From contig OX597825.1 of NCBI GenBank assembly GCA_951406725.2, positions 89,342,001-89,406,000 of the forward strand: a stretch of DNA of 64,000 bases. The letters are read 5' to 3'. Shown in pieces: positions 1 to 13,700 of the stretch. This DNA is from Octopus vulgaris (taxonomy: Eukaryota). Position 1 is the first letter of the stretch; every line of letters starts with the position of its first letter. Below the pieces are notes generated by a model. It was not told the origin of the DNA. It saw only the letters and a program-made list of their open reading frames with translations, and did no database searches. A program made the position numbers and the translations under genes.

Positions 1-246
1 ATACTGGCGTGATAGTTTGTTATTATTATTAGTTATTGTCAGCAGTATAATTTATGGCGTTTACCGCCACACCACCAACACTAAGTTGCATTTATGTACA
101 ATGATATGTTAGATTCCCCTTTCTCGTTATGATCGAACTTCTCTCATTGTGTTTCAGTCTTATGGTGATCTCATCGCCTTTCTTAAAACATATGACAGGG
201 ACCAGTTGAAACGACGCTTTCAAACCCATAAACAATTAACACAGTT

Positions 247-277
<31 letters not shown>

Positions 278-599
278 TACATTTGTATAAATATACATCT
301 CACATAAACATGTATATATGCATGTGTAGTGATGTAGTGAACTATGCATCAATTTCTTTTAAATAATTCATTATATAATTGTAGACGTGGGTTTGTGTGG
401 ATGGAGGACAGCAATATCAGGACAATTGAATGACAGATACGAAAATGTATTTACCAGAGTGTCACAAGAAATTCTTTATTTCAATATCATAACTTAATCC
501 CGATATACTCCTACATCCATCGATGACTCACAGAGATATTCGATAAATCACATGGCGTCACTTTCCATCGAACTCACACTGTAGCTATATTGCGGACAT

Positions 600-1250
600 G
601 AAATGTTTGTTTCATGTTCATGTTTGGTGTAGAGAAATATTTAGGCCAATCTTGTTTGAGTATCGTTTTTGGAATTTATTTCCAGTTTGCTTTATGAAAA
701 TTTAGTCAGGTGAGATTCCATGTGTTTCTAATAGGCTGAATATTTGTGGTTGTTTTTGGTACACAAGTGGCCACCTCTTTTATACTGCGATTCGAAACAA
801 GTGTTAGTGACGCTTTCTCATTTTGGATAATATCAATAATTTGTGAAGTAGATGCCTAGTATACTATTTACCCTGACTGACCAGAGCCCAATTTGCTCCA
901 TTGACAAGTTTGAGCTGGGACTCCACTTGAACTTGTTTGTGGCGTGTTAGTACATACAACAATATCGATTTGTCTTAGTTGTGTCACCTTGGGTGTGAGG
1001 TCTTCACAGATGTATACTGTAATTCCACTGTGGCTCTTTTCTCTTGTTTGTTCGTAATACAACATACTGCAGTATGTGTATTTCTGCGTCCGTATATATC
1101 AGGTATAAGATGCGATTCTAAGCTTGCTATGCATATGTTCGTCTCTAGCAAATTGTCGCAACAGCTTTCTATATTTCTGTATGTGTTGATTTGAGGACCA
1201 ACTCCTTCAACGTAACCTTCGGATGCTTTCCTCACAACATATCATCATTA
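600..1250 (-). pseudogene. Highly decayed CR1-group LINE ORF2 endonuclease (APE) fragment
   Basis: Minus-strand motifs IASLESHL (cf. VLTETYL), REKSHSGITVYI (cf. RRKGGTAIYV) and LNFHKANW at ~680-710, matching the better-preserved LINEs at 25619 and ~18630. Confidence 0.55.
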
Positions 1251-3707
1251 TAATAAAACCTTCCACATGCAATTCTCTCCTACTTTAATATCGTGACTCG
1301 TCTTTTTATTTCATGACCTTTGATTACTTATACTCAACATTCATTTTAAGTTATAAATGTAAATGTACAAAAAGACTTTTACCTTTCATACTTTCAGTTA
1401 ATCTTGCTCAATGAAGTTAGAGGTGATGATCAGAAGAGCACTATATGAGGAAGTGGACTCTGTAGGAAAGTGTGAGGAAAACTGCTTCTTGTTCTTTACC
1501 GCAGATCTAATTCGACTGAGCAAATCTGGTATAAATGCTGTTACCAGATCACCTATCTTTCTTTAGGATGAACGGAAAACGATATAGCGATTAGTTCTTG
1601 TTAGAAGAGCAACCCATATAATGCCTCATTCGTTAGCGCGCTAATCAACAACTTCGAATGTTACAAATATCAAAATAGGAATTTGCACCAAGTACTATAT
1701 ATTCTTCCGCGGAATTTCGATTCCTAGTCGAAGCAATTTTACTTGTATGAACGTGACTTTATCGAGTTTTTTTCCCAACCAATGCAGTCAATAATGACAC
1801 TCGGAAGCCGTTTCATTGGCATTTGTTTATCAAGCAATGTATCAATTTATGTCGATATTTTCTTTTATAATTTCGTTCTACTTCACAACTCAACCGTCAA
1901 TTCCATGTATGTACGAACTTCGTTTCAGCCTTCGATAAATTGAATGGACGTATTTCATCTATTTATCTTATTACGGCTCTGTATAAAAAGAAAAATGTTT
2001 TCCTATACAAAGAATAGGAAAAAAATGTAACTTACAGTAATCTTACTACTAGGCTGCTTGCTTTATAGCAACAGCTAAATAAAGAAGAAAGTCATTGTCG
2101 GATTCGATTCGTTAACAATTCAGCATACTGCAATATTTGATGAGTATTGACTAATCAAATCCAGTGGGATTTTGCTTGTCGTTACGAATCTCAACAGAGA
2201 GTCTTTTGGGATTTGAAATATTCTGTCCATTTTTTTTTTCCCTGTCTGTTTTGCATATTTAGTACCCCCAACGTTTTTCTTGTTTTAATCAAAGTGCTAT
2301 TCTCGCGGCCACACCTTTTGAGGGAAAATAGTCAATCGTACTGTACCTAGTACTTAACATGTTTTTATTTTATAAACCGCGTGAAACACACCAAGATTTG
2401 AATTTTAAGCTTACAGAGCCCAACTAAAATATACTCGTGGCCTACACACGTGACTCACAACATCCACTGAGTTGCAGTAAGTGATTAAGAAAACTGCTAG
2501 CTTCATTGTATAGTGTGTGATAGTTTCCTTAACGTGTAGATATGAATGAAGTGTTCCAGTGGGAATAGCTGAAATATTCTGAGATACACCTATCAGAGTT
2601 ACCCGCAAACAATCTCATTCTTTCAAGAAGAATCCCTCATTAATGCTGTGTTCTTACATGCTCATTAGCTAGTGAGCTCTATTATAGGTATAAGATTATA
2701 TAATTAAAACTAGGTGGTACAACAAGACTGTATTGTCTTATTATAAGCATACGCCAGTGCCAGTAGCAAGACACGATCTCTATCTGGAATTACAACGCGC
2801 ATTATCTCATTAACATTATCTCATACGTTTATTCTGATGTTGAACTGAACTGAACTATTTATTCCTGTGAGAATTACAGTGTTCTATGGTTTCAAGGTAT
2901 TTTCGCGTCAGCAGGATTATACAAGTAATTCTGTGCAGTTGGATAACATAGCGCTCTCTAATCACACATCTCTAATTAAGTCGGATTTCATCCTTACTGC
3001 TTTTAAAGAGAAACAAATTAAACGTAGTTCTTTGATGATTTTATGCATAACTGTGATTTCAATCCAATATAGTATGGACATAAAGATTAAAACCAAAATA
3101 TACGATGAAACAAAGAATAAAGAAAATATTTGCTGAAACCAAAACTACAGCAAATATAAAGTAAAATAACAAACTATGATCGACAATTTGTAAAGACTGA
3201 ATACATGAAATGCAATAAAATTAAATGTAAAAAATACTTCGAAAAACAAGGAAAAAGCAGAAACTTAAATTTTACAAAGAAAAATAGCACATTCAATGTC
3301 TTTGTATCTCTAACGCACCTCCCGTTGTCGAAATCTTTTTAGAACTTTCTATCTTCCAACCTTTGACTAAATAATCTGTAAAATATCTTCTAACAAGAAC
3401 CATGGTTGGGTACCGCATTCTTTTAATCAACAATCATTGTGCTACTCTCAGAATCATGATTTCCCTAAGGGAATATTCAGAGTATGGAAAATAAACAAGG
3501 TAGCTAGTTAGAAAGGAGCACATCTCTTGAAATGCGAAAGAATTTATTAAGCAAGAAATTATAACTGGCAGGTCAATTATTTTTAACTTTTGATCGGTAA
3601 ACCGTAGTTAGGATTTGCAAACACTTCAGCACCCATGAGCGAAATAATAGCCAAAAAAACATGCTTTCATAAGAACATAGATACAAATGAACACGCATGC
3701 GCACGCA

Positions 3708-3745
<38 letters not shown>

Positions 3746-3938
3746 TATTTATATTTAATTCCTTAACAGTTTGACTTGGCCCTATGCAACATCAAGCCAT
3801 GCAAGTTCGTTCTACGAGCCTGCGAATACGAACATGTGGTCCGTATCAATCTTCTTTAGAATATTTTTACCATACTGCTTGTCGTTTTATATAATTCTTA
3901 TTCCTCAGAAAAATATGTAAACATAAGCTATATTCAAT

Positions 3939-4067
3939 AGACAGCCCTGAAGAGATCCGGTCCAATTAGGTTATTTTTAAAATCTACAAATTGTAACATG
4001 GTTCGAATCTTGCAGATGAGATGTACTGTTATACCTATCGACTAGATTGAAACATGTGTAGGCCTCT
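3939..4067 (+). ncRNA. Type I hammerhead-ribozyme-like motif with long stem II (PLE terminal-repeat type)
   Basis: GCC-CTGAAGA(3947-3953), stem II GATCCGGTC/GACTAGATT, GAAA(4049-4052)-C-ATGT-GTA-GGC; palindromic stem III; G10.1-U11.1 wobble. Confidence 0.6.
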
Positions 4068-4306
4068 TAATGCTTACTTTATAATTAAAATTATATGTTC
4101 CTTTAAATTTTATTTGTATTCACTTATTTGCTATATTTGCTATGTTTCATGGTGCTTAACATGATGCAAATAATATAAGCATCCACAATTAACTCTGTTT
4201 TCTTATGTTAAAATAAAATGTAAATTAAAGTGCTTATACGCATATATTGAAGAAATTCTCCCAGTATATCAGTTATAATACCAGTGGATCTCTGGAATTT
4301 GTAATC

Positions 4307-4790
4307 CCTTAAAGCCTTGTAACTCTACTCTCTTCAGCGCCGCCGTGAGCGGTACATCATTTGTACGATGTGGTGAATATACCGCCAACTTTGACCAAAT
4401 TACCTGAACATTAGCTTCAAGGTTCATCCAAGACTGGGACAACGGGCCATACATCCCCTGCCCAAATCAGGATCACAGCATATATGTACACTGCAACATA
4501 ATTTCTTTTCCTCAACAGGCCCTGCCCTATTTAATATTGTCTCGAAAGAGATCAAAGAGGAAAAGGATCCCATCAACTTTAAACGGAGTCTGGATAGATT
4601 CCTTCAAAGAATACCAGATAAGCCACCCATAATTGGATACAACTCACCCAACAAAAACTCACTACTTGAATGGACCACAAACAAAATTTGACTTAAACAG
4701 GATTTAGATGATCCTATCAGGTGGTGCTATTAAGTTAGACATGGCCTGGACCAATCTTTGGTCGAAACATATCTATGTTTATCTAAGTTT
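4307..4790 (+). mobile_element. 5'-truncated 3' end of CR1-group LINE (same family as 22145-24480)
   Basis: Near-identical to ~24008-24480 (LYSLQRRRERYII motif; 3' UTR ggtggtgctattaagttagacatggcctgg; tail ctaagttt running into TA). Confidence 0.9.
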
Positions 4791-4797
4791 ATATATA

Positions 4798-4835
<38 letters not shown>

Positions 4836-4913
4836 CATATATATATGTATGTATATATATATATGTATGTATATATATATGTATGTATATATATATGTAT
4901 GTATATATATATG

Positions 4914-4945
<32 letters not shown>

Positions 4946-5132
4946 TATGTATGTATATATATATCTATGTATATATATGTACGTATATATATATATATAT
5001 ATGTATATATATGTACGCATATATATATATTTATGTATATATATGTACGCATATATATATATATATATATATATTTTATGTATATATATGTACGCATATA
5101 TATATATATATATATTTATGTGTATATATGTA

Positions 5133-5187
<55 letters not shown>

Positions 5188-5190
5188 GTA

Positions 5191-5225
<35 letters not shown>

Positions 5226-5288
5226 ACATGTATATGTATATATATATGTATGTATATATATGTGTATGTATATATATATATATATATA
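4790..5288. repeat. Compound (TA)n/(TATG)n microsatellite
   Basis: Seen directly; recurring subunit tatgtatatatatgtacgcatata. Confidence 0.97.
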
Positions 5289-5492
5289 CTTCGTTTTGAG
5301 ATTTGGTTTGCAAGATTCTTTATTTGAGTTAGTGTGTTGAAGCATATTCTGTTGCGTCTGGGGAGAGTCATTTTCTTTTTGTGCCTTATAATTTAACACA
5401 CTCACCGGTAAAATGTCCACTTATTTCTTATTTTTATTTTCCTAAAATTTTCGTTGCGTCTTGCAACCTTTTCAATAGTCTTGTATTTACAC
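5289..5492 (-). mobile_element. Probable PLE terminal-repeat fragment with hammerhead-like core at 5441-5480
   Basis: Minus strand CTA-TTGAAAA-G-GTTGC-AAGAC-GCAAC-GAAAATTTTAG: U3-A8 core, 5-bp stem II, palindromic AAAATTTT; stem I weak. Confidence 0.4.
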
Positions 5493-6301
5493 TTCGTTCC
5501 TTTTTGTTTGTTTGTGCGCATGTGAAGGTCAATTTGTGTGTGTGTGTGTGTGTGCGCGCCTATGCATGCATGTATGTATGTATGTATGTAGGCATATGTA
5601 TATATGTATGTGTGCATCTGTATGTATGTATCCTGCATATTCATGTGCTTGCGTATTTTCTATGTATGTGTGTTTGTATATGTATGCACCTCTGTCTCCT
5701 TGTGAGTGCATATCTATGTGTGTGTTATGCAACTATGTATCATGTTTGTATGTATGGATATGCATCTCTATATGTGTGGATCCGTGTCTCCATATGTGTC
5801 CTTGTGTGTGTATATATGGTCATGTGTTTCAGTCTCCATTTGCGCATGTGTGCTTGTCTGTTCATATAACCTATCTACCTACCCGTCTCTATGTTGTTCT
5901 ACTTATTTTTATATCCATATGCTTACATACAAAAAATAAATAAATATATAAATGAAAAAATACAAAATATTTTTTAAAATGAAATGAAATGAAATTTTTT
6001 TTTTAATTTAATTTTTTTTAAAATTTCTTTTTATTTATTTATTTCTCTTCCATCGGGCAATTTTCGAGCCCTGTTGATGTAAGAAAGACTATGCATATTG
6101 AAGCTAACAACATTGGCTGCCCCGTCTCTGTTAGTTTGTGTCAGGTAAGCCATGTAATATTTAGTCAGAATAAAAAAAATAAACTAATCATACTCCATGA
6201 AGGGAATATCTTACAACCCAGAAACAAGCTGTCTGAAATGGCTCATACAACATTAAATCTGGGTGTCGAAACAGTTACACAACCACCCAAACGCGAAAGT
6301 G

Positions 6302-6605
6302 ACTTATCTCGACTTTGCCCACTCCTTCGATAAATTCACTCAAAGAATGATATATTACAACTGCTTGATCTCGCATAGTCGGAATTCCATGAGTGCGGCT
6401 GCGTGGTTTTCTAAAAAATAAAAGGCAGGCAGTAGTGGTCAATAGGGCCAGGTCTAAAGAGACACAAATAATGGGTGGTGTCCTGTAGGGCACTGTTTTG
6501 GAGTCACCTTTGTCCATGGTGGATCTCTGAGGTATATCCTCAACCACATAAGCTGTTACCCTTACAAACTATGCAGACAATACCAGGAGTTCACAGGAGC
6601 CACAG
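6302..6605 (+). pseudogene. Decayed LINE reverse-transcriptase fragment
   Basis: YLDFA..FDK at ~6304-6335, GVL*GTVL (cf. GVPQGTVL) at ~6477-6500, TLTNYADNT at ~6557-6583. Confidence 0.6.
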
Positions 6606-7514
6606 AATCCCTGGGATTTTTGTAACCGCGACCAATTCAGTCTCAATACTTGGCCCTTCTTTCCACTTGTTGTGGTTATTCTTCTATCCTTGTTCATGCC
6701 GCTCCAACACGTGTCCGCCAAACTGACCATAACTCTTCCCTCTTTCCTTATCCTCACCCGAATCCTAAACGCATCCCTTTTCCCCTGCTTTTGTACCCCT
6801 CTAACCTACCCATTCACTGGAAAATCCTACGGGTTTTCTGACTCTTCCAGTCCGATCTTACCACCCTTCTCTCCCCTAATTCATATGCACCTGAAACCAA
6901 CACAGCTTACTGGCCCGTAACTGCCTTCCCTTCCCTGAATCACGTTCGATAATATTATTCACAAGGAAAAACTAATTGTATGTTGTTTTTTTTAATATAA
7001 CTAGGAAAGGTTGCTTAAACTTGTGTGATAAGATGTACATTGATCAGGTGAAATAGGCTGTAATCTATATATTTATTCTTAAGAATATTCATAAAAATAT
7101 ATCAACCAACTATTGCTGAAATGCTCATAAAGAAGAAATATAAGTATTACCCCGAATAGCTTTCTTTGATTTAATATATTTTATTGTGCGTCCAAGTTTT
7201 TTCCTTGGAGTTTCAGGTTGTATGAACTCATTTCCTTTAAGGAAAAATATTCACTTACATATATGAAAAAAACATATATACAGGTGTAATAGAAAAAATA
7301 AAAAACAAGCACAATGTGTATAAAAAACCCATTAAATATAGAATTAAATATTTTTGTCTCTCTCCCACTCGCTTTTCCGTTCTATCTATCTATCTCTATA
7401 TAAATAGTTGTGTGTAAGTATCTATAAAAATATCAATAATGCATACACAAACAAACCTAATTATGTATATGTGTGTGTGTGTTTTTCCGAATTTGTGTAA
7501 ATATGTATAGAATA

Positions 7515-8492
7515 ATATATCAGTTGAATAAAGTTTCAACATGGTCCGGTTTTAATTTTTTTTTATTATTGTATTTTTAAAACATTACAATGTTGAAGTG
7601 TGTTAAACATTAAAAAAAAAAAATTTGTAATGTTCGTCAAGTTCAATTGTCGCTTTCATACGTTCGTAGTAATCATCCGATTTCAAAATGTACTTAACTG
7701 ACAGTTGATTTCTTGACAACGGTAGTAAAATAACTGACCTCTTTGTTTTTTATACATTTTAGAAAACTCCAGCAAGGTGAATTTTTCGGGTAAGGCTTTG
7801 ACCAATCAGCATATTTTGCCGGGTGCACCAATATTACTGGCATTGATCCTGCCTTTATTTTAACTAATTAGCTTAATGGTTTCTATGAGTGAACAAACTT
7901 AGTTGGTTTCGATCGTTTTTATTTCAATAGGTGGAGTCTTCTGTAATTTGTTTATATTCATAGCTGGTGTTATTTCCATTCCAGAGCTGGTTTGAACATT
8001 TTAATAAAACGTTTTTCTTTTATCTCTTTCAAACTCACTTGTTTCATGTAGTTTGTGGAATGGAAAATTTAGAAACATTTTCTGACCACATGTTTCTTGG
8101 TTCGCTCAAAGGAATTTGGCAAACATTTGTGTTCCGGATTTGCTGTCTGTGGACTCTTGAGCGTTCCGATAATGTATTCCCAGTCTCAGCAATATATAGT
8201 TCCTCGCAATTATGGTATTTAATTAGAGCATCAAGTCAAAACTCTATTCGAAAATTGCAGTTTGATGGAGCTTTCTAAAAAAGGGAAATAGTCAGTCATT
8301 CTACATTTGTCAAGAATTCAACTGTCAAATTCTTTTTGAAATCTGATGATTACTACGAACGTATGAAAACGCTGATTGAACTTAAAGAATATTTATTTAA
8401 TGTTTAATACACTTCAATGTTGTAAAAGAAATTGATGCAATAATAAACAACGTTAAAACCAGACCATGTCGTAACTTTATTTAACTGATATA
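7515..8492. mobile_element. Penelope-like remnant: GIY-YIG fragment (minus, ~8060-8230) between inverted ~200-bp terminal repeats carrying degenerate hammerheads
   Basis: Minus translation CEELYIAETGNTLSERSRVHRQQIR..PLSE; 7515-7725 is the diverged reverse complement of 8300-8492; CTGATGA-TTAC-TACGAAC-GTAT-GAAA at 8343-8368. Confidence 0.7.
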
Positions 8493-8494
8493 TA

Positions 8495-8985
8495 TGCGCA
8501 GGCGTGGCCGTGCGGTAAGAAGCTTGCTTCCCAACCACATGGTTTCGGGTTCAGTCCGCTGCTTTCAACTATGGTCTCGGGCAAACCAAAGCCGTGTGAG
8601 TGGATTTGGTGGACGGAAACTGAAAGAAGCCCGTCTAATATTCTTGTTTGCTGTTGTTTTTTGTTCCTTCTCGAGCCATACCTGGCTCATTAGAGCCGGT
8701 TTCCTGGGTTTCGTTGGTGTATAGGTACCCCACCTGGACGAGATTTGTATATATCTACGTGTGTGTGTCATTGTGTCTGCGTTTGTCACCCCTATCAGCT
8801 ATTGACAACTTGTGTTGGTGTGTTTACATCCTCGTAACTTAGCGGTTCAGTATAAGGAGCCGACAATAAGTACTAGGTTTCAGAAATAAGTCCTGGGGTT
8901 GATTTGATCGACTAAAATCCATTCAAGGTGGTGTTCCAGCATGGCCGCAGTCAAATGACTGAAACAAGTAAAGAAATAAAAGAAT
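8495..8985 (+). mobile_element. tRNA-derived SINE with LINE-type 3' tail; unrelated insert at ~8640-8745
   Basis: A-box-like tggccgtgcgg, B-box-like ggttcagtcc; body shared with copies at 62070-63110; tail ggtggtgttccagcatggccgcagtcaaatgactgaaacaagtaaa. Confidence 0.8.
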
Positions 8986-9484
8986 ATGTTAATATATAAA
9001 AATTTGTGCGTGTGTGTGCGTGTGTGCGTGTGTGTAAAGTGCATAGCAAAAATGCTTGTTCATACATAATTATTTTCATTGTCTTACACGTATTTCGTCA
9101 AGAATGAATAATAAAATATCTGTTATATTACGGAAACCTTAAGTGTAATTAGTATCAAATCAGTGATTGCATTTTTCTAAGAAGTACCTTTCAGATCTGT
9201 AGACGAAAATATAGGCTCTGTCACGGTATCGACTCTAGTGTTTTGGTCAAATTTGGTATTTGCGGATAGTACAGAGAAGTTAAATGTATATTACATTAGA
9301 AATGAAATCTTTGTGTCTCTATAAAAGAATGAGATATACATCAATAGTTATCAGCTTTCAAATATCTCAGCATGATATCCTTATATTCTATGGTATACGT
9401 GGGCATCCAGCCTGCTAATTAGCATACTTCTTCATGGCTACTTGCCAGTACACATGCACCCGTATATAAATAGATACTTAGATA

Positions 9485-11450
9485 CTTATCAAAGGCCTTG
9501 ATGAAGTCAAGATATATGACATCAGCATTGGATCCCTCATCCAAGGCCTTTAGGATATCGTCAAAATGATGCAGGAGCTGTGTAAGGCAGCCCTTGCCAT
9601 TGCGGAGACCATGCTGGTTGGGAACCAGCAGGTTGTTGCTTTCCAGGAAGTGAGTCACTCTAGATCGCACCACTCTCTCAAATAGTTTGATGAAATGAGA
9701 AGTAAGGGAGATAGGTCGGTAATTCGCTATCTGGGACTTGCAGATTTTTGGAAACTGGGACGATCGACTGAGAAAGGAAACCATCAGAAATGTAGCCAGC
9801 GTCTAGTGATTTCCTCCAGAGAATGGCTAAGGGGAATGTGAGGTGGTGACAGCATTCGTTCAGGACTTTAGCGGGGAATCTGTCAGGACCTGCAGCTGAG
9901 TTGTTTGTAATTATAGCTGTTATGATATCTGGGACACCAAATGATATATCACACAGGGTGTGCTCAGGTTTTGATTCGTCAATGCTATTCAGATTAATCA
10001 AATCTGGATTGCTAAAAGCGGAGCAGTATTGCTTCTGCAGAATCTTCACCATGTCCTCTTTGCCACTTTGCAGTGCGCTGTTTTCATCAATGAGAAGTCC
10101 ATTGGATGAGACTACAACCTTGTGCTTTTTAGCTTTCGGGTTGGCTTTAATTTTATCAATGGCCCATTTCTCCTCTGCTTTTCTTTGATCGTCAATAACA
10201 TTTTTCAAACAGTTTTGGAGATGGTGTTTCCTTGATTCTAGCTAGTCTATATCCGCCATGTGGGAGTATTGAAGCTGGCAATATTTTCGACGGTTGATTT
10301 TTTGATTCGTTCTCTTTATCTTTCGTATGAGTGATTTCCTGAGACGTGTTAGTCCGTATTTTATTTTGTTCATGGACTGTGGAGGTGTGTTGTGTAGACA
10401 TATGTTTATGACAATGTCCATAAATAGCTGCCATGATAAATCAATGCTTCTTGGAGTGAAAGAGTCTGCGAAAGAGCAGTCAATGAGTGAGAGCTTATGG
10501 TTGAGGCAGGCCAGTTAGCATTGTGAAGACCCATGCGATCGAAGGGCTGTGAGGGATTGAGATCACTCGGATACGCAATTGGCTGCCAAAATCTTAGGCG
10601 ACAGAGAACTATATCGTGGTCGGAAAGAAGAGTTTTTTTTTTCCACTGTAATATCGTGGATAGTGTTTGTGTGGTTGCTTAGCACTAAGTCCAGAATGTT
10701 CTTGTTGAATCTTGTTGGCACGAGCACGAGTTGGGACAGGTAAATTTCATCCATAAATTGAAATAGCGATTCCACTGCGGCTTTGTCTGAAGTGGAAATG
10801 CACGCACCAGTTTTCAGGGTATGAGTAGACCAGTTAACACAGGGGAAATTGAAGTCACCCACCATTATCAGGATGATATTGTTGGATGAAACACTTGATA
10901 TTTGTGAGGCAGTCCTTGAAGCACAATAGCATGAGTTGGTCTGAAGAGCCCAATTATTGCTAAATCATTCGCTTTGTTGTAGACAGATACTGATTCACAA
11001 TGGTCATTTGAAAATGAGACATTTGTTTCTGCAGTAAATTAGCCATGCAGGAAAATGGTGACTACCAGCTTTCTTCTACCGATGCGGTCTGCTCGAATTT
11101 TGGTGAAATTCCTTACTTTTATTTCAGCTTCCAAGTGGGAGTTGTCAAGGTGGATTTCAGTAAGGATGAAGAAGGGAATGTAATAAGTATGGTCGGTAAC
11201 CTAGTCCTCGGTGAATTAGAACCTTCCATCTTTTTGCATGGAAGGGGGTGAAGATGCCTTGTACATTGAGTAAGAATGTTGAGATTGGAGTAGTGGCCTG
11301 GTTAGACGTTTTTGGAGGCCCCGGAAGAGATTTATGGGTTAATGATATTGAGGAGGATAGGTTTTTGCACTGAGGAAGCGGCAGGGTTTGGTTCCGTGTG
11401 ATAGCCAAGATGCTCTTCTGGATCTCTTTCGTTAGGTTCCGCATGGCTCA
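9485..11450 (-). mobile_element. CR1-group LINE, APE plus N-terminal RT, frameshifted and 3'-truncated
   Basis: ORF pieces STFLLNVQGI, MVGDFNFPCVNW, NKNILDLVLSN, AAGPDRFP, NYRPISLTSH, YLDFIKAFDK; colinear with 25619-27500. Confidence 0.9.
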
Positions 11451-11574
11451 AAAAAAAGAATTAACCTGGTTAAGGAGAACTTCGTCGCTGGAGTTGTGCT
11501 TACATTCACAGTTATGTTGGTTGCGTATATATCCGTATGCATTCTATACATATGTACAAACCAAACATATATGC

Positions 11575-11722
11575 ACACATACATACATACATACATACAT
11601 ACATACATACATACACAGTCTCCTATGTATATGCAGACAGACAGACAGACAGACAGACAGGAAAAAAGGAAGATAGAAAGATAGATAGATAGATGGCTGG
11701 ATGGACAAGCAAGCAGGCAGGC
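11575..11722. repeat. Mixed tetranucleotide repeats (CATA, GACA, GATA, GGCA)
   Basis: Seen directly. Confidence 0.9.
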
Positions 11723-12134
11723 ACGTATTGTCCAGGGTATGGTGAGACTGTGGCAACAACACTTCATTGTTGTTTAAATTCAGTATCCATTACTCATATT
11801 GTTTTGCTTAAATTTATAGTTATTGACTGTTTTGTTAAGTATAGTATTGTGGCACTTGGAGGGTTTCGTGCAGAATTGATATAAAATCTAATTTCAGTTT
11901 CTGTTATGACGCTATATTTTAACTTCGAAGCACTTACCTTTAAGTGCAGTCATTCGTTGTTCTACAGTAATAGGCAGAGGGATTACTCGCAAAGTGTTCT
12001 AGGGATCCCAATAAATTTTGTATTATTCCCCTTGTTAAGCGGGTTATTATTTTCCTTCGTAATATTTTTTCTGTATAAATACTACTTAATTTAAATGTTA
12101 AGCTGGTGGTATTACTTATATGATCCTTTAGGGA

Positions 12135-12851
12135 CTTTTCTCATTCGAGGAAACCAAAAAGAGGTCTCAGGGGGCAAGATCGGATAAATAGGGAAGGTGG
12201 GTAAGCGGGGTTATGCCATTTTTGGTCCAAAAATGTCCCACACTCAAGGCAGCGTGTGGAGGAACATTGTCGTGACGAAACCACTACTCTCCACTTTGCC
12301 ACAGGTTGGCCGTTTTCGTTTCACCAAGTCTCGCAAACGCTTCAAACCTGCCAAGTAAATTGTCTGGTTAACAGTTTAACCAGGAGGGAAAAATTATGTG
12401 TCCTCTAAAATCAGTGCATGAATATTCGAGATGTTTTTCCTCCGTTCGGGAGGTCGGCGATCACTCTAAACGGGGTTGGTTTTCAAGCGACAAGCGGTCA
12501 TTCCTAAATCCTGAAAACTATTCGTAATTATGTGTTTCGCTCATAGCAGCGTCCTTGAAAATTGTTTGAAGCATGACAACTGTTTTAGTCGCCGTTTTTC
12601 CCAGCAGAAAGTAGAATTTCACGGAAGCACGTTGTTCCTTTGTTTCAGCAATCGCAAAAGTCGACGAACAGGAGAGAAGCACTAGAAAACAAAGACATAC
12701 CATATGGCAGTCCGGCTGAAATTGACGACGCCTGTCGACAGACCAATCCATATGGGTCGCATCAATTGGCTTCTGGTGGCGGAAGCCTCAACTACAACGG
12801 GCTTGTCCCACAGATAACATTTCCGGTTAGTTTTGGGTACCCCCTCTTGTA
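12135..12851 (-). mobile_element. Internally deleted mariner/Tc1 transposon remnant
   Basis: EQRASVKFYFLLGKTATKTVVML (mariner N-terminal HTH), HDNVPPH and LPYLSDLAP (cf. YSPDLAP); TIR-like tacaagagggggtacccaaaactaaccggaa ending in TA at ~12851; second TIR not found. Confidence 0.8.
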
Positions 12852-12865
12852 TGTATGTATGTATG

Positions 12866-12937
<72 letters not shown>

Positions 12938-13189
12938 CAGACAGACAGACAGACAGAGCAATAGATAGATAGATTGAGAGAGAGAGATATTATGCCTGTA
13001 TCTGCACTTAAAAGTTCTCATATTCAAAAACTCCTAAGGTCACAACCATTACTGTTAGAAGTTATTATAGAGCGATCCCGTTATTCGATAATCTAGTTTC
13101 TCATAGTGCTGTAGCTAAATCTATAATTCCGGGAATTACAATTGCAAACAATGAACAGAAAACCGTAGCTTCAAAAGAAGCAGAACATA

Positions 13190-13700
13190 TTTCCATTAGT
13201 ATGGTTTCTTATGGCTACTTGGATACTATGAACTCTTGCACTAAATCAATAAATTAATGGAACGATCTATTAGTTTGTGAATACCACAATTATATGGCAA
13301 AAGTTGAAGGATTTCTAAAAGAAACTAAATAGAGATATTGGTACGAAGAATAAGTGCAGTTGTAGTTTTAGGAAAACTTGTGCCTTCGATGGTAGCTGTA
13401 TCTATAAGAATGTAATATTTAAGTGTATGGTTAAAAATAATACCCGTTTTTACATTGTAGCTACATCTAAACCGGTGTAAACAACACAAAAAAACATTCT
13501 CGTTCATAAGCTTCCCTTTATGAACGAAAAGTTAATTCTTTTTATCTACTTTTAAATCTAAGAATGTAAAGTTTCGCATTAAATGGTCAGCTGAAATTTA
13601 GCAAGGTGACAGACGCACTTGCAGACTCTGTTTACGTAGGGCTCCAGGCATTTTATTCGCTTAACAAACACAATGGATTAAATGCAAATTGTTAACATAA
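13190..13700 (+). pseudogene. Decayed PLE GIY-YIG endonuclease fragment
   Basis: KTCAFDGSCIYKNVIFKCMVKNNTRFYIVATS at ~13373-13468 resembles the CPLDGxCLxxNVIYKAxV..YIGxT pattern. Confidence 0.5.

Noticed and set aside
2105-2140. Minus-strand YAEL motif as a CAT exon
   Set aside because: Flanking residues do not match the family and the frame closes within a few codons
4708-5943. Long YI/MY/VC-rich ORFs (also 15559-16490, 18764-19633, 24459-25325, 55279-56963)
   Set aside because: Translations of (TA)n/(TG)n microsatellites, which lack stop codons in most frames
6190-6235. Hammerhead at ccatgaaggg..cccagaaacaagctgtc
   Set aside because: Resembles the 15155 family but the CUGA core is destroyed; a relic at best
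8495-8560. tRNA gene
   Set aside because: Only A/B-box-like SINE head; no complete cloverleaf
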